DNA from: Candidatus Dormiibacterota bacterium
GTDB lineage: Bacteria; Chloroflexota; Dormibacteria; Aeolococcales; Bog-877
Reading direction: 5' to 3'
DNA length: 64,000 nt
Assembly: GCA_963701235.1 (NCBI GenBank)
Contig: OY969577.1
Location: 2,217,951 to 2,281,950 of the forward strand
Part shown: positions 9,945 through 19,008 of the stretch, in pieces
Position numbering within the stretch: position 1 is the first letter of the stretch
Layout of the letters: each line of letters begins with the position of its first letter
The notes under the pieces: model-generated
The model's database searches: none
Seen by the model: only the letters and a program-made list of their open reading frames with translations
What the model was told of the DNA's origin: nothing
Position numbers and translations under genes: made by a program

Positions 9945-11606
9945 ATGGACGACAAGGTGATGGTCGACCTGCTAGAGCGGGTCGGCAACCTCTTCACCTC
10001 CAGCCTGGACCTCAAGGTCAACATCGATTTCACCCTGCGGGCTCTCTCGCAGCTGGTTGCCTGCGACGGGGCCACCGTCTTCCTGCTCGACGAGGACGAG
10101 ACCCGCCTCACCGCTATGGTGACCTTCCCCTACACCGAGCAGGTGAGCAGCGTCGCCTCCTTCGGCTTGGGAGAGGGCATCGTGGGCTGGGCCGTCGCCG
10201 AACGCAAGGCCCTGCGAGTGGAAGACGCGACCTTGGACCCTCGCTTCAAGGAGCTCTCTGGACCGCATCCTCCTCGCAGCGTCCTGGTGATGCCGCTGGA
10301 GTCGCCCAACCGAGTGGTGGGCGCCCTGACCCTGACTCGCAAGCGGGTCAAGCCCTTCACTGATTTGGAGCAAGCGCTGGTGCGGGTCATCTCAAACCAG
10401 GCGGCGATCAGCATCGACAACGCCGCCTTGCACGCTGCAGTCCAGCGGCAATTGCAGGAAATCGCCCTCCAGAAGCACGAACTGGAAGTGGCCAATGCCC
10501 AGATCCGCGAGAACAGTCGGCTCAAGAGCGAGTTCCTGGCCAACATGAGTCACGAACTGCGCACGCCGCTGAACGCGATCTTGGGTTTCAGCGAAATCCT
10601 GAAGGACAATCTAGCGGGCAAGATGAGCGCGGCTCAGCAGCATGAGTGCCTCGAGAACATTCACTCCAGCGGCCGTCACCTCTTGAACCTGGTCAACGAT
10701 GTCCTCGACCTGAGCAAGATTGAGGCCGGCAAGCTCGAGCTGCAGTACGAAGAATTCACCTTAGGCGCTTGCATTTCCGAGGTCCTAACAGTGGTTCGTC
10801 CACTGGGTGAGCGCGGCGGTGTCACCATCGAAGTTGACATCGAGAACGAGTCCGCGATGGTGCGGGCCGACAAGGGCAAGTTCAAGCAGATCCTCTACAA
10901 CCTGCTCAGCAACTCCATCAAATTCACGCCCGACGGAGGGCAGGCCACCATCAAAGCCCGGGTCAAAGCGAGAGCGTCGCAGCTGGTGCTGCAAGTCACG
11001 GATACCGGGATCGGGATCGATCCCCAGCACCATGATCAGATCTTCAGCGAGTTCTATCAGGTGCAGGCGGCCGATGATCGCCAGTACGAAGGCACCGGAT
11101 TGGGTCTGGCGTTGGTGCGGAGGCTAGTCGGACTCCACGGCGGAACCATCAAGGTTGACAGTCAGTTGGGACGCGGTACCACCATGACTGTGACCATGCC
11201 CCTGCATGGGCTACGTCCCGATGGCCAGATGCGCAATCGAATTCTGGTGATCGAGGACAATCCCAGCAGCTTGGAGCTCTCAACCTTGGTGCTGCGCGGA
11301 CAAGGCTTCAAGGTGGACACCGCCACCGACGGCCAGCAGGGGCTGCAGAAGGCCAAGTCTCACGCCTACGACCTGATTCTGATGGACATCCAGCTCCCGG
11401 GAATTGACGGCCTCACGGTGACCAGGCTACTCAAGGCCGATCCTCGCACCGCCCAAACCCCGATAGTGGCGCTCAGTGCCCGGGCCATGGTCGGCGACGA
11501 GAAGGAGGCCATCGAGGCGGGCTGTTCTGGTTACATAACCAAACCCATCGAGGTCAAGAACTTCGTGACCACGGTCACCGAATACCTGGAGGCACAGGGT
11601 GCATGA
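9945..11606 (+). CDS. hybrid sensor histidine kinase: GAF - HisKA - HATPase_c - REC
   Basis: GAF region (DGATVFLLDEDETRL...VMPLESPNRVVGALTL), H-box MSHELRTPLNAILGFSE, N/G boxes (LSNSIKFT, DTGIGI, GTGLGLALV), C-terminal receiver (LVIEDNPSS...DLILMDIQLPGIDG...K). Confidence 0.85.
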   Translation: MDDKVMVDLLERVGNLFTSSLDLKVNIDFTLRALSQLVACDGATVFLLDEDETRLTAMVTFPYTEQVSSVASFGLGEGIVGWAVAERKALRVEDATLDPRFKELSGPHPPRSVLVMPLESPNRVVGALTLTRKRVKPFTDLEQALVRVISNQAAISIDNAALHAAVQRQLQEIALQKHELEVANAQIRENSRLKSEFLANMSHELRTPLNAILGFSEILKDNLAGKMSAAQQHECLENIHSSGRHLLNLVNDVLDLSKIEAGKLELQYEEFTLGACISEVLTVVRPLGERGGVTIEVDIENESAMVRADKGKFKQILYNLLSNSIKFTPDGGQATIKARVKARASQLVLQVTDTGIGIDPQHHDQIFSEFYQVQAADDRQYEGTGLGLALVRRLVGLHGGTIKVDSQLGRGTTMTVTMPLHGLRPDGQMRNRILVIEDNPSSLELSTLVLRGQGFKVDTATDGQQGLQKAKSHAYDLILMDIQLPGIDGLTVTRLLKADPRTAQTPIVALSARAMVGDEKEAIEAGCSGYITKPIEVKNFVTTVTEYLEAQGA

Positions 11607-12301
11607 GCGGCGGTAACAAAACCATTCTGCTGGTGGAGGACGATCAGGCCACCCGGGACATCGTCCGGCTCGCCTGTGAGCCGCAGCACTACAACGTGGT
11701 GGAGACCGCCACTGGTCTGGAAGGCCTGGAGATGGCCCAGCAGATCTCGCCAGACCTGATCATCCTCGACATCAACCTTCCCGGCATGAGTGGCCTTGAT
11801 GTCTGCCGCAAGCTGCGCGCCGACGGTTACAAGGTGCCGATCATCATGCTCACGGCCAAGAGCGACACCATCGACGTGGTGGTGGGCCTAGAACTGGGGG
11901 CAGACGACTACGTCGCCAAGCCCTTCGAGGTGCGCGAGCTGGTGGCCCGGGTGGGAGCGCATCTGAGGCGCTCGGACGTGGCCCCGACCGACCAGCTCAA
12001 GGAGCGCTTCGAATTCCCTGGACTGACCATCGACCTCCGCCGCCGCCAGGTCTATCGCGATGGCGAGGAGATCCAACTCACCCTCACCGAGTTCAACCTG
12101 CTGGCGCTGCTGGCCAGCAGGCCGGGACAGGTGATGAGCCGGGCCGAGCTGCTGCGCCGGGTCTGGGGCTACGAGGTCGAGATCGAGACCCGCACCGTCG
12201 ACGCCCACGTCTACCGGCTGCGGCGGAAGATCGAGCCCTCGGCGGACCGCCCCTCCTATATCCACTCGGTGCCGGGGATCGGATACCGCTTCGCCGGCTA
12301 A
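11603..12301 (+). CDS. OmpR/PhoB-family response regulator (REC + winged helix)
   Basis: LLVEDDQATRD...DLIILDINLPGMSG...TAKSD and C-terminal LTLTEFNLLALLA...GYRF; ATGA overlap with the kinase. Confidence 0.85.
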   Translation: MSGGNKTILLVEDDQATRDIVRLACEPQHYNVVETATGLEGLEMAQQISPDLIILDINLPGMSGLDVCRKLRADGYKVPIIMLTAKSDTIDVVVGLELGADDYVAKPFEVRELVARVGAHLRRSDVAPTDQLKERFEFPGLTIDLRRRQVYRDGEEIQLTLTEFNLLALLASRPGQVMSRAELLRRVWGYEVEIETRTVDAHVYRLRRKIEPSADRPSYIHSVPGIGYRFAG

Positions 12302-12326
12302 CCCGCTGGCGCCCGGCCGCGCTAGC

Positions 12327-13289
12327 TCAGTAGATGAAGCCCAAGAAGTAGCCGCTGGTGGGGTTGATGGTCCGGGAGTCCTCAACCCCGAGGCCGTCCA
12401 CGTTCATCTCCGACTGCACCCATTCACCGTTGGGCAGGACCTTGGTCACAAATCCGACGTGGCCGGCATAGCCGTTATCGAACACGGCGACCGCGCCCAC
12501 CACCGGAACCTGGCCCTCGGGGGCGCCGTAGGCCTTGGAGTTGACCCACCAATTGACCGCGTTTCCGCTCCAGGGGATGTAGCGCTGGCTGGCGACCCAG
12601 TAGGTGCACTCGCCCCAGGGGAACTGGTTGACCGTAGAGGGGGTGGTCGGCACCACCTCGGGAACGCCAACCTTGAGGGGAACGAAGTCAGCCGCGGGCA
12701 GTGAGGTAGGCGAGGTGGCGGCCGGCATCAGCAGGAAGCTGTTGGGCGCCAGGATCGTGCCCGAGGTCAGGTCGTTGTAGTTGAGGACCACGCCCGAGCT
12801 GACCCGGAATCGGGCCGCGAAGGTGCTGAGGGTCTCCCCGGGCAGAACCCGGACCAGCACCGTGGCCCCCGCCGGCGGCACAAGCAGATCCTGGCCCAGC
12901 TGGATGCTGGTGCCCTCTGGAATGCGGTTGGCCCAAGCCAGCTCCTCCGCGGTGGTCTGGTACTTGGCGGCCACACTGGCCAAAGTGGCGCCCGCAGGTG
13001 CGCTCACGACCGGAGCAGGCAGCACCTGGATGCTCCCAGGCACCGCGGCGGGTTTGTCGTAGTACTGCCCTGCGAGCGCGGCCGAGGGGTTGGGCCAGAC
13101 CGACGCTGAGGTAGACACGGTCTCGATGCCGTTCCGAGACGCCGAGATCCAGCCCGCGATCAGAAGGCCACAGGCGACCAGAATCACGGCCAAGTGCGTC
13201 AGACGACTATCGGGTCCGGGCAGGAGCTTCTCTCCCCAAGCTGCCTTCGGCGAACACAAGATGTCTCGTGAGCGCCCCAACTCCCTCAA
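12327..13289 (-). CDS. LysM(x2)-CHAP peptidoglycan hydrolase, membrane anchored
   Basis: N-terminal TM, two LysM repeats (TLASVAAKYQTTAEELAWANRI; TLSTFAARFRVSSGVVLNYNDL), C-terminal CHAP-like Cys/His (GECTYWVASQRY...GHVGFV). Confidence 0.7.
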   Translation of the reverse strand: MRELGRSRDILCSPKAAWGEKLLPGPDSRLTHLAVILVACGLLIAGWISASRNGIETVSTSASVWPNPSAALAGQYYDKPAAVPGSIQVLPAPVVSAPAGATLASVAAKYQTTAEELAWANRIPEGTSIQLGQDLLVPPAGATVLVRVLPGETLSTFAARFRVSSGVVLNYNDLTSGTILAPNSFLLMPAATSPTSLPAADFVPLKVGVPEVVPTTPSTVNQFPWGECTYWVASQRYIPWSGNAVNWWVNSKAYGAPEGQVPVVGAVAVFDNGYAGHVGFVTKVLPNGEWVQSEMNVDGLGVEDSRTINPTSGYFLGFIY

Positions 13290-13438
13290 GCAGCGCGCCC
13301 GCGCCCCGACCCTAGCAGAGCGCTCGCCGAGGTGTCAAAGCCATGCGACTTCAGCGGAACTCAATTCTGTTCGCCAAGACTGGCGCGCCCCAGTAGAGCA
13401 TCCACAGCCTCGCGAGCTCTGACTATCCTGGGGCCCCG

Positions 13439-13855
13439 ATGTCATTCAATCTCAACTGCCAGGGCAGGTCGTACCAGGCGGCGCCCGAGGTCGTAGACCG
13501 GAGCCGTCATGCCCGTTACGCCCTAGCCGTGGGGGCAGCGAAGGGCTTGGGAGAACACTTCGCTCGCCCCCTGGCATGTTTCGCCGCCGTCTACCTGCTC
13601 TGGCCGGTCGTGCCCCAGCTGTTCTCCGATCCCGAGGTCGGTCTCGATGTCGAGCACCTGCTCCACGGAGAACAGGAGTTCTCATTCGAAAGGCCCCTCG
13701 CCTTTGAGGAGACGATCACTGCTGAGGGTGTGATCTCCCGGGCGGAGCGACGCCGCGGCATGATCTTCCTCGAGTTCCAGTGTTCCGGTCGGGACGATGC
13801 CGGCCAGGTGGCAGCCCGCTCTCGAAGCCTTTTCGTGGTTCGGGAGCGCGGATGA
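13439..13855 (+). CDS. MaoC-like dehydratase, N-terminal-type hot-dog subunit (HadA-like)
   Basis: Hot-dog-fold sequence; ATGA overlap with the next gene. Confidence 0.55.
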   Translation: MSFNLNCQGRSYQAAPEVVDRSRHARYALAVGAAKGLGEHFARPLACFAAVYLLWPVVPQLFSDPEVGLDVEHLLHGEQEFSFERPLAFEETITAEGVISRAERRRGMIFLEFQCSGRDDAGQVAARSRSLFVVRERG

Positions 13856-14271
13856 ACGTTACCTCGGCGTTGGGTCGCTTCCCCCCAGCCGTGGGTGAGC
13901 AGCCCCCAACCGCGCGCCACAAGGTGACCCAGGAGCTGATCTCGGCCTACGCAAACGCGTCCGGGGATCACAACCCGATCCACCTTGACCCGGCCTATGC
14001 CAAGCGGGCGGGGCTGCCATCGACGATCGCTCACGGCCTGCTCACCCTGGGTATGGCCTGCGCCGCGGTAGAGAACTGGGCGGCGGAGGCCGCCTGGACC
14101 TCCAGGGTGTCGTGCCGCTTCTCGGCTCCGGTCCCGGTTGGAGATGAGCTGACCTGCTCCGCGGTGGTGACCGCAGCGGGGGCGGATTCGGCTGAACTAG
14201 ACCTGATGGCGGCGATATCCAACGGGGACCGGCCGCTCACCCGCGCCAAGGTGGAGCTGCGGGCACTGTGA
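13852..14271 (+). CDS. MaoC-family (R)-specific enoyl-CoA hydratase/dehydratase (HadB-like)
   Basis: DHNPIHLDPAYAKRAGLPSTIAHGLLT catalytic motif. Confidence 0.7.
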   Translation: MNVTSALGRFPPAVGEQPPTARHKVTQELISAYANASGDHNPIHLDPAYAKRAGLPSTIAHGLLTLGMACAAVENWAAEAAWTSRVSCRFSAPVPVGDELTCSAVVTAAGADSAELDLMAAISNGDRPLTRAKVELRAL

Positions 14272-15471
14272 GTGGGCGGCGCTGATCCGATGCCGCTCGA
14301 CTTCGCTCCCACCCCGGAGCAGGAGGAGATCAGAGAGCTAGCTCACCGCTTTGCCGAGCAGGAGATGCGTCCGGTGGCCGCCGAGTACGACGAGCGAGAG
14401 GAGACACCATGGCCGGTGATCCGCAAGGCCCATGAGGTTGGCCTCGGAGCGGCGGCTGGATTCCCGGTGAAATATGGGGGCGGCGGCCTCGATCACCTCA
14501 CCGGACTGATGGTGACCGAGGAGCTGGCCTGGGGCGACGCCGGGATCGCCGTCAGCATCTCGGCCAGCGGTCTGGCCGGTGCGGGGATCCTGGCAATGGG
14601 AACCGAGGAGCAGAAGGACCGCTACCTGGGCCTGCTCTGCGAGCCCGAGGAGGTGCGCCTGGGGGCCATGGGGCTGACCGAGCCAGAGTCGGGCTCGGAC
14701 TCGCTGGCGCTGCGCACCACCGCGGCCCCGGTCGATGGCGGGTACCTGCTGAATGGCACCAAGCAGTTCTGCACCAACGGCGGCATCGCCGATGTCCAGG
14801 TGATCTTCGCCACCCTGGACCGGAGCCTGGGCCCGGCCGGGATCGCCGCCTTCGTGGTGGAGAAGGGCAATCCGGGGATGCGCCAGGGTCGCAAGGAGCG
14901 CAAGCTCGGTGTAAGGGCCTCCCACACCGCCCAGGTGATCCTGGAGGACTGCTTCGTCGAGGCTGATGCCCGACTGGGCTACAACGCCGCCGGGGAGAGC
15001 CAGGGACCCGGGGCGGCGGGGGCGATGGTGATGCTGGAGGTCACCCGCCCCTCGGTCGCAGCCGGCGCGCTGGGGATCGCCCGGGCGGCATTCGAGTTCG
15101 CCCGCGACTACTCACTGACCCGGGAGCAATTTGGTAAGCCGATCGCTCACCACCAGGCCATCGCCTTCAAGCTGGCCGACATGGCGACCGAGATCGACGC
15201 AGCCAGGCTCCTGACTTGGAGGGCTGGTTGGCTAGCCGCCGAAGGCCGCGGATTCGCCCGGGCCGAGGGCAGCATGGCCAAGCTGATGGCAGGTGACGTC
15301 GCGATGCGGGTTACGGTGGACGCGGTCCAGGTGCTGGGTGGCTACGGGTACATCAAGGACTATCCCGTCGAGCGCTGGATGCGTGACGCCAAGATCTATC
15401 AGATTTGGGAGGGCACCGCCGAGATCCAACGCTTGGTCATTTCGCGGGCCATCCTTGGAACTCGAATCTAG
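14272..15471 (+). CDS. acyl-CoA dehydrogenase
   Basis: ACAD N/M/C domain pattern (GLTEPESGSD, QFCTNGGIAD, YQIWEGTAEIQRLVISRAI). Confidence 0.85.
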   Translation: MGGADPMPLDFAPTPEQEEIRELAHRFAEQEMRPVAAEYDEREETPWPVIRKAHEVGLGAAAGFPVKYGGGGLDHLTGLMVTEELAWGDAGIAVSISASGLAGAGILAMGTEEQKDRYLGLLCEPEEVRLGAMGLTEPESGSDSLALRTTAAPVDGGYLLNGTKQFCTNGGIADVQVIFATLDRSLGPAGIAAFVVEKGNPGMRQGRKERKLGVRASHTAQVILEDCFVEADARLGYNAAGESQGPGAAGAMVMLEVTRPSVAAGALGIARAAFEFARDYSLTREQFGKPIAHHQAIAFKLADMATEIDAARLLTWRAGWLAAEGRGFARAEGSMAKLMAGDVAMRVTVDAVQVLGGYGYIKDYPVERWMRDAKIYQIWEGTAEIQRLVISRAILGTRI

Positions 15472-15572
15472 TTGGGCGTGATCTAGAGAAACATTGCCGT
15501 GTGCATGCGTCGTCGCTACCTGGAATGATTGATCACCTAGTGGCTAAGCGGAGGCAGAGGGAGGTAAGACAC

Positions 15573-15935
15573 ATGGCAGGCGCGGAGAGCAAGCGTTTTG
15601 AGGATCCAGACGAGATGCGGCCGTTTGGCGGCATGGGCCAGGTGGAGATCGTGAACATCGGCGGCGGCACGGTCGGCCGGGCCACGTTCCTTCCCGGCTG
15701 GCGCTGGTCGGAGCATGTCAAGCCGATAGTCGGCACCGAGAGCTGCCAGGCGACCCATCTGGGTTACGTCATGTCCGGGCACCAGAAACTGGTGATGGAC
15801 GATGGCACAGAACTGGAGATCGGACCCGGCGATGTCGTCGCCATACCGGCAGGGCATGACGGCTTCACCGTTGGTGACGAACCATGCGTGATTCTGGACT
15901 TTGCCGGGATGGCTACCTACGCCAAGCAAAGCTGA
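15573..15935 (+). CDS. cupin-domain protein
   Basis: Cupin_2-like core (GYVMSGHQKLVMDDGTELEIGPGDVVAIPAGHDG); SD GGAGGCAGAGGGAGG upstream of the chosen ATG. Confidence 0.6.
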   Translation: MAGAESKRFEDPDEMRPFGGMGQVEIVNIGGGTVGRATFLPGWRWSEHVKPIVGTESCQATHLGYVMSGHQKLVMDDGTELEIGPGDVVAIPAGHDGFTVGDEPCVILDFAGMATYAKQS

Positions 15936-16045
15936 GCGCTGGCAGTCGCCTGACAGAAGCGGAGGCTTGAGCCGTCTGAGCGCGCTTTGAGCCCAGCCCG
16001 GACCTGAGGCTCCCCGGGAAGTTTCCCGAAGAGCCTCATCCTGGC

Positions 16046-16249
16046 TCAGACTACGTGCGCGCTCGCCAACATGCCCTCGCGGACCTGCTCCGGCGATGGC
16101 GGCGTCTGGCCGGCGTGCTTCTCGGTCATGTGCGCCTGCACCGCATCCGGTGTCATGTGGGACATCAGATTGTCGACCGCCGCTTCCTTGGTGTCGCCAT
16201 CAGCTTGCATCTTGTCGCCACAACTACAGCTCATTTCGTAGGTTGCCAC
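16046..16249 (-). CDS. DUF1059-like small metal-binding protein
   Basis: MSCSCGDKM...HM...H pattern; GTG start 5 nt after AGGAGG; the longer track ORF lacks an SD. Confidence 0.45.
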   Translation of the reverse strand: MATYEMSCSCGDKMQADGDTKEAAVDNLMSHMTPDAVQAHMTEKHAGQTPPSPEQVREGMLASAHVV

Positions 16250-16775
16250 AGCACCCTCCTTATCGCGCACAGGCTCAGGGTCATAAGGCCCCGTCGCTAT
16301 ATACGACGAATGGGACGCTATCACTTTCGACAGACCGCCACCGAGAATGATTCCCAGTGTGCCGCCAGGGTCTTGAATGCGCGCGACTGATCGCAAATAC
16401 TCCATAAAAAAGTGCAGATTCTGGGCAGGATACGGCCCGGCGTCTCTCAGCTGGTGCGGCTAGTCACCACCACTCCCACGCCCAGCCCCACCATCATCGC
16501 GGCGCTGACGGTCTGAGCTCGCTGCAGCTGGCTCGGCCTCGTCGCCAACGAGCTCCTGGCGGTCCCGGCGGCCCACGCCCCACGCGCCGCCAGAGATGAG
16601 TGCGATTGCCACCCAGACCAGCCCCAAGATCAGGAGCCGAACCGTGACGTGGCCCTGAGCGAGACCGCCCGGCTGACGATGACCAGCACGCTCGGCCCGG
16701 GATCGCGATCACCACCAACGCGATCTAGCTGAAGGCGCGCCTCTGGGGCAGGTCCATGGGCGGAGGATAAGCGGG

Positions 16776-17483
16776 TCAGCCGGCGAGGATCGCGGCCAGG
16801 TCGACCGCGTGCTTGGGTGCCTTGATGTCGAACCTGGCGCCGAAATCGCTGAAGACCACTCGGCCAACACGGCCCTGCTCCCAGCGCAGCGGGTAGGGCC
16901 TGCCGGTGGTGGCCACGTAGATGGTGCCCGCCTTGGGCTCGGTGACCGAAATCACCGGCTCCCCGTCGATGTTGCCAACCTTCCCTCGCACCGAAGTCTG
17001 AGCATCCTTGGTCAGCTGTTTGGCCACCGTCGGAGGCGAGGTCAAGGTTCCGAAGACGGCGGTCAATTCGGTTGCGGTGGCGTTGCTAGCAGAAATGTAG
17101 ACCCAGCGGTCACCCAATGCTCCTTGCAGCGTCGGACCTCCCACCTGACTCCAGACGGTCTTGCTGCGGAAGTAATCGATCCCATGAAGCTCCTCGGCCT
17201 GGAAGGAGAGCGAGGAGCTGACGAAGCTGCCTTCTCCAACGTTCTTGCCCCCGATCTTGAAGGTCACCGACGCCGGAGTGCTGCTGCCCTCTGAGGTGGC
17301 CACAATCTCGAAGGTCCGAGCCGAGACCAGCGCCGCCCCGGCCGCGTCGACGATTGCCGGGGCCGACTTGGTGGCGACGCCGTTGGCGGCTGCGGCGCAG
17401 GAGCTGAGCAGCAGGGCGGCGGCGAGCGTGGTGGTGCCCAGGATGGCACCCTTCGACAGCCGTCGACTCTGGGCCTGGGTCAC
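16776..17483 (-). CDS. putative lipoprotein
   Basis: Signal peptide ending in the lipobox LLLSSC; start approximate. Confidence 0.5.
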   Translation of the reverse strand: MTQAQSRRLSKGAILGTTTLAAALLLSSCAAAANGVATKSAPAIVDAAGAALVSARTFEIVATSEGSSTPASVTFKIGGKNVGEGSFVSSSLSFQAEELHGIDYFRSKTVWSQVGGPTLQGALGDRWVYISASNATATELTAVFGTLTSPPTVAKQLTKDAQTSVRGKVGNIDGEPVISVTEPKAGTIYVATTGRPYPLRWEQGRVGRVVFSDFGARFDIKAPKHAVDLAAILAG

Positions 17484-17716
17484 GCTCAGTTGGACTTCCT
17501 CTCGCGGCGTGCTGCGAGCGCGCCGCGGCCATGCCTGCTCAGGCCGCAAGGGAGTCTTCGCATCGATCGCCCGCTGCTGCCGATGTCCGCATCCTAGTCG
17601 AAGCTGCCGGAGTCGGCGGTGCCTGCTCTGCTGGCGTAGACGCCTGGGAGACGCCGAAAATCCACCTAGGAACAGCGCCCAGCTGCCAGTTTGTCGGACG
17701 GCTAAACTCGCAAGCA

Positions 17717-18556
17717 ATGACGATGTTCGACCTGTCCGGCAAGGTGGCTCTCGTCACTGGCGCATCTCGGGGACTGGGCCGGGCGGACTGCCTGGCGCTG
17801 GCCCAAGCCGGAGCGGACGTGGTTGTTACCGACATCCTGATCGAGTCTGACCCGGAGCTGCTCCAGGTGGCCCAACGTAGCTCCAGTGTTCTGGCCCAGG
17901 TGATGGCCTCGGAGAGCGTGGTCTACGCGGAGCAGACCGCCGAGGAGATCCGCGCTCTGGGGAAGCGCTCGCAGGCCTTCCAGATGGATGTAACCGACCG
18001 CGACCAGGTCCGATCGGTGGTCGAGCAAGCGGTGGCCCAGTTTGGCGGGATCGACATCCTGGTCAACAACGCCGGCACCCTCGACCATTTGGCCCAGCTC
18101 CCCGACCAGTCTTCTGATCTCTGGGAACGCGACCTCCGGGTCAATTTGACCGGCGCCTTCAACTGCACCCAGGCGGCCTGGCCCCACCTCCGCGAGGGTG
18201 GCTTCGGACGGGTGATCTTCATGTCTTCAGTGGCTGGGACCCTGGGTGGTTTCGGTCAGGTGAGTTACAGCACCACCAAGGCGGGACTCCTGGGACTGAT
18301 GCGGTCTGCAGCACTTGAGGGCGCCCGCCATGGCATCACCAGCAACGCCATCGTACCCGGGGTGATCGCCACCGAGGCCTTCAACACGGGGCCCGCCAGC
18401 ATGCGCGAGCGGATGGTTCTGCGCACGGCGATGCGGGCGCCGGGGCAGCCCGAGGACGTCGCCCACGCGATTTGCTTTTTGGCCAGTCCCGAGGCCGGCT
18501 ACATCACCGGAGTGGCGCTGCCGGTGGCCGGGGGCATCGATCTCTTCACGTTCTAA
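17717..18556 (+). CDS. SDR-family oxidoreductase
   Basis: TGASRGLGRA, NNAG, and YSTTK catalytic motifs. Confidence 0.8.
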   Translation: MTMFDLSGKVALVTGASRGLGRADCLALAQAGADVVVTDILIESDPELLQVAQRSSSVLAQVMASESVVYAEQTAEEIRALGKRSQAFQMDVTDRDQVRSVVEQAVAQFGGIDILVNNAGTLDHLAQLPDQSSDLWERDLRVNLTGAFNCTQAAWPHLREGGFGRVIFMSSVAGTLGGFGQVSYSTTKAGLLGLMRSAALEGARHGITSNAIVPGVIATEAFNTGPASMRERMVLRTAMRAPGQPEDVAHAICFLASPEAGYITGVALPVAGGIDLFTF

Positions 18557-18684
18557 TCTGAGCCATTGCGCCGAATTCAGCCCAGCTTCGCCGTTCCCCT
18601 GCTATAGTTGCGCGCGCCAGACGATGTCCCGGGCGGCGAATCAAGGCACGACCGAGCAGTCCTGGCCAGAACGCGATTTGGAGG

Positions 18685-19008
18685 ATGCTCGGATTGAGCC
18701 TCGCCGACGTTACCCTTACCTGCCGCGAGTGCGGCTCGGAGTTCATCTTTACTGCCGGAGAGCAGCAGTTCTACCAGTCCAAGGGGCTGGTTAATCAACC
18801 CACTCGGTGCCAGCCGTGCCGGCAGCTGGCCAAGGCCGCGCGCCAGGGCTCGAATGGGTACGCCTCGGCTGGGCCCCGGCCACCGCGCCAGATGTACGAC
18901 GTGGTCTGCGCCGACTGCGGGAACATGACCCAGGTTCCCTTCCAGCCGAAGTACGACCGACCGGTTTATTGCAGCAACTGCTTCGAGAATCATCGGGCCG
19001 CGCGCTAG
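18685..19008 (+). CDS. tandem CxxC zinc-ribbon protein (zf-trcl-like)
   Basis: Two repeats C-x2-C...F..........RC..CR (TCRECGSEF...RCQPCR and VCADCGNM...YCSNCF). Confidence 0.55.
   Translation: MLGLSLADVTLTCRECGSEFIFTAGEQQFYQSKGLVNQPTRCQPCRQLAKAARQGSNGYASAGPRPPRQMYDVVCADCGNMTQVPFQPKYDRPVYCSNCFENHRAAR

Noticed and set aside
16494-16718. 74-aa tracked ORF MVVIAIPGRACWSSS...
   Set aside because: Arg/Gly/Pro-rich, no RBS, no family resemblance. Treated as frame noise; region left as unexplained.
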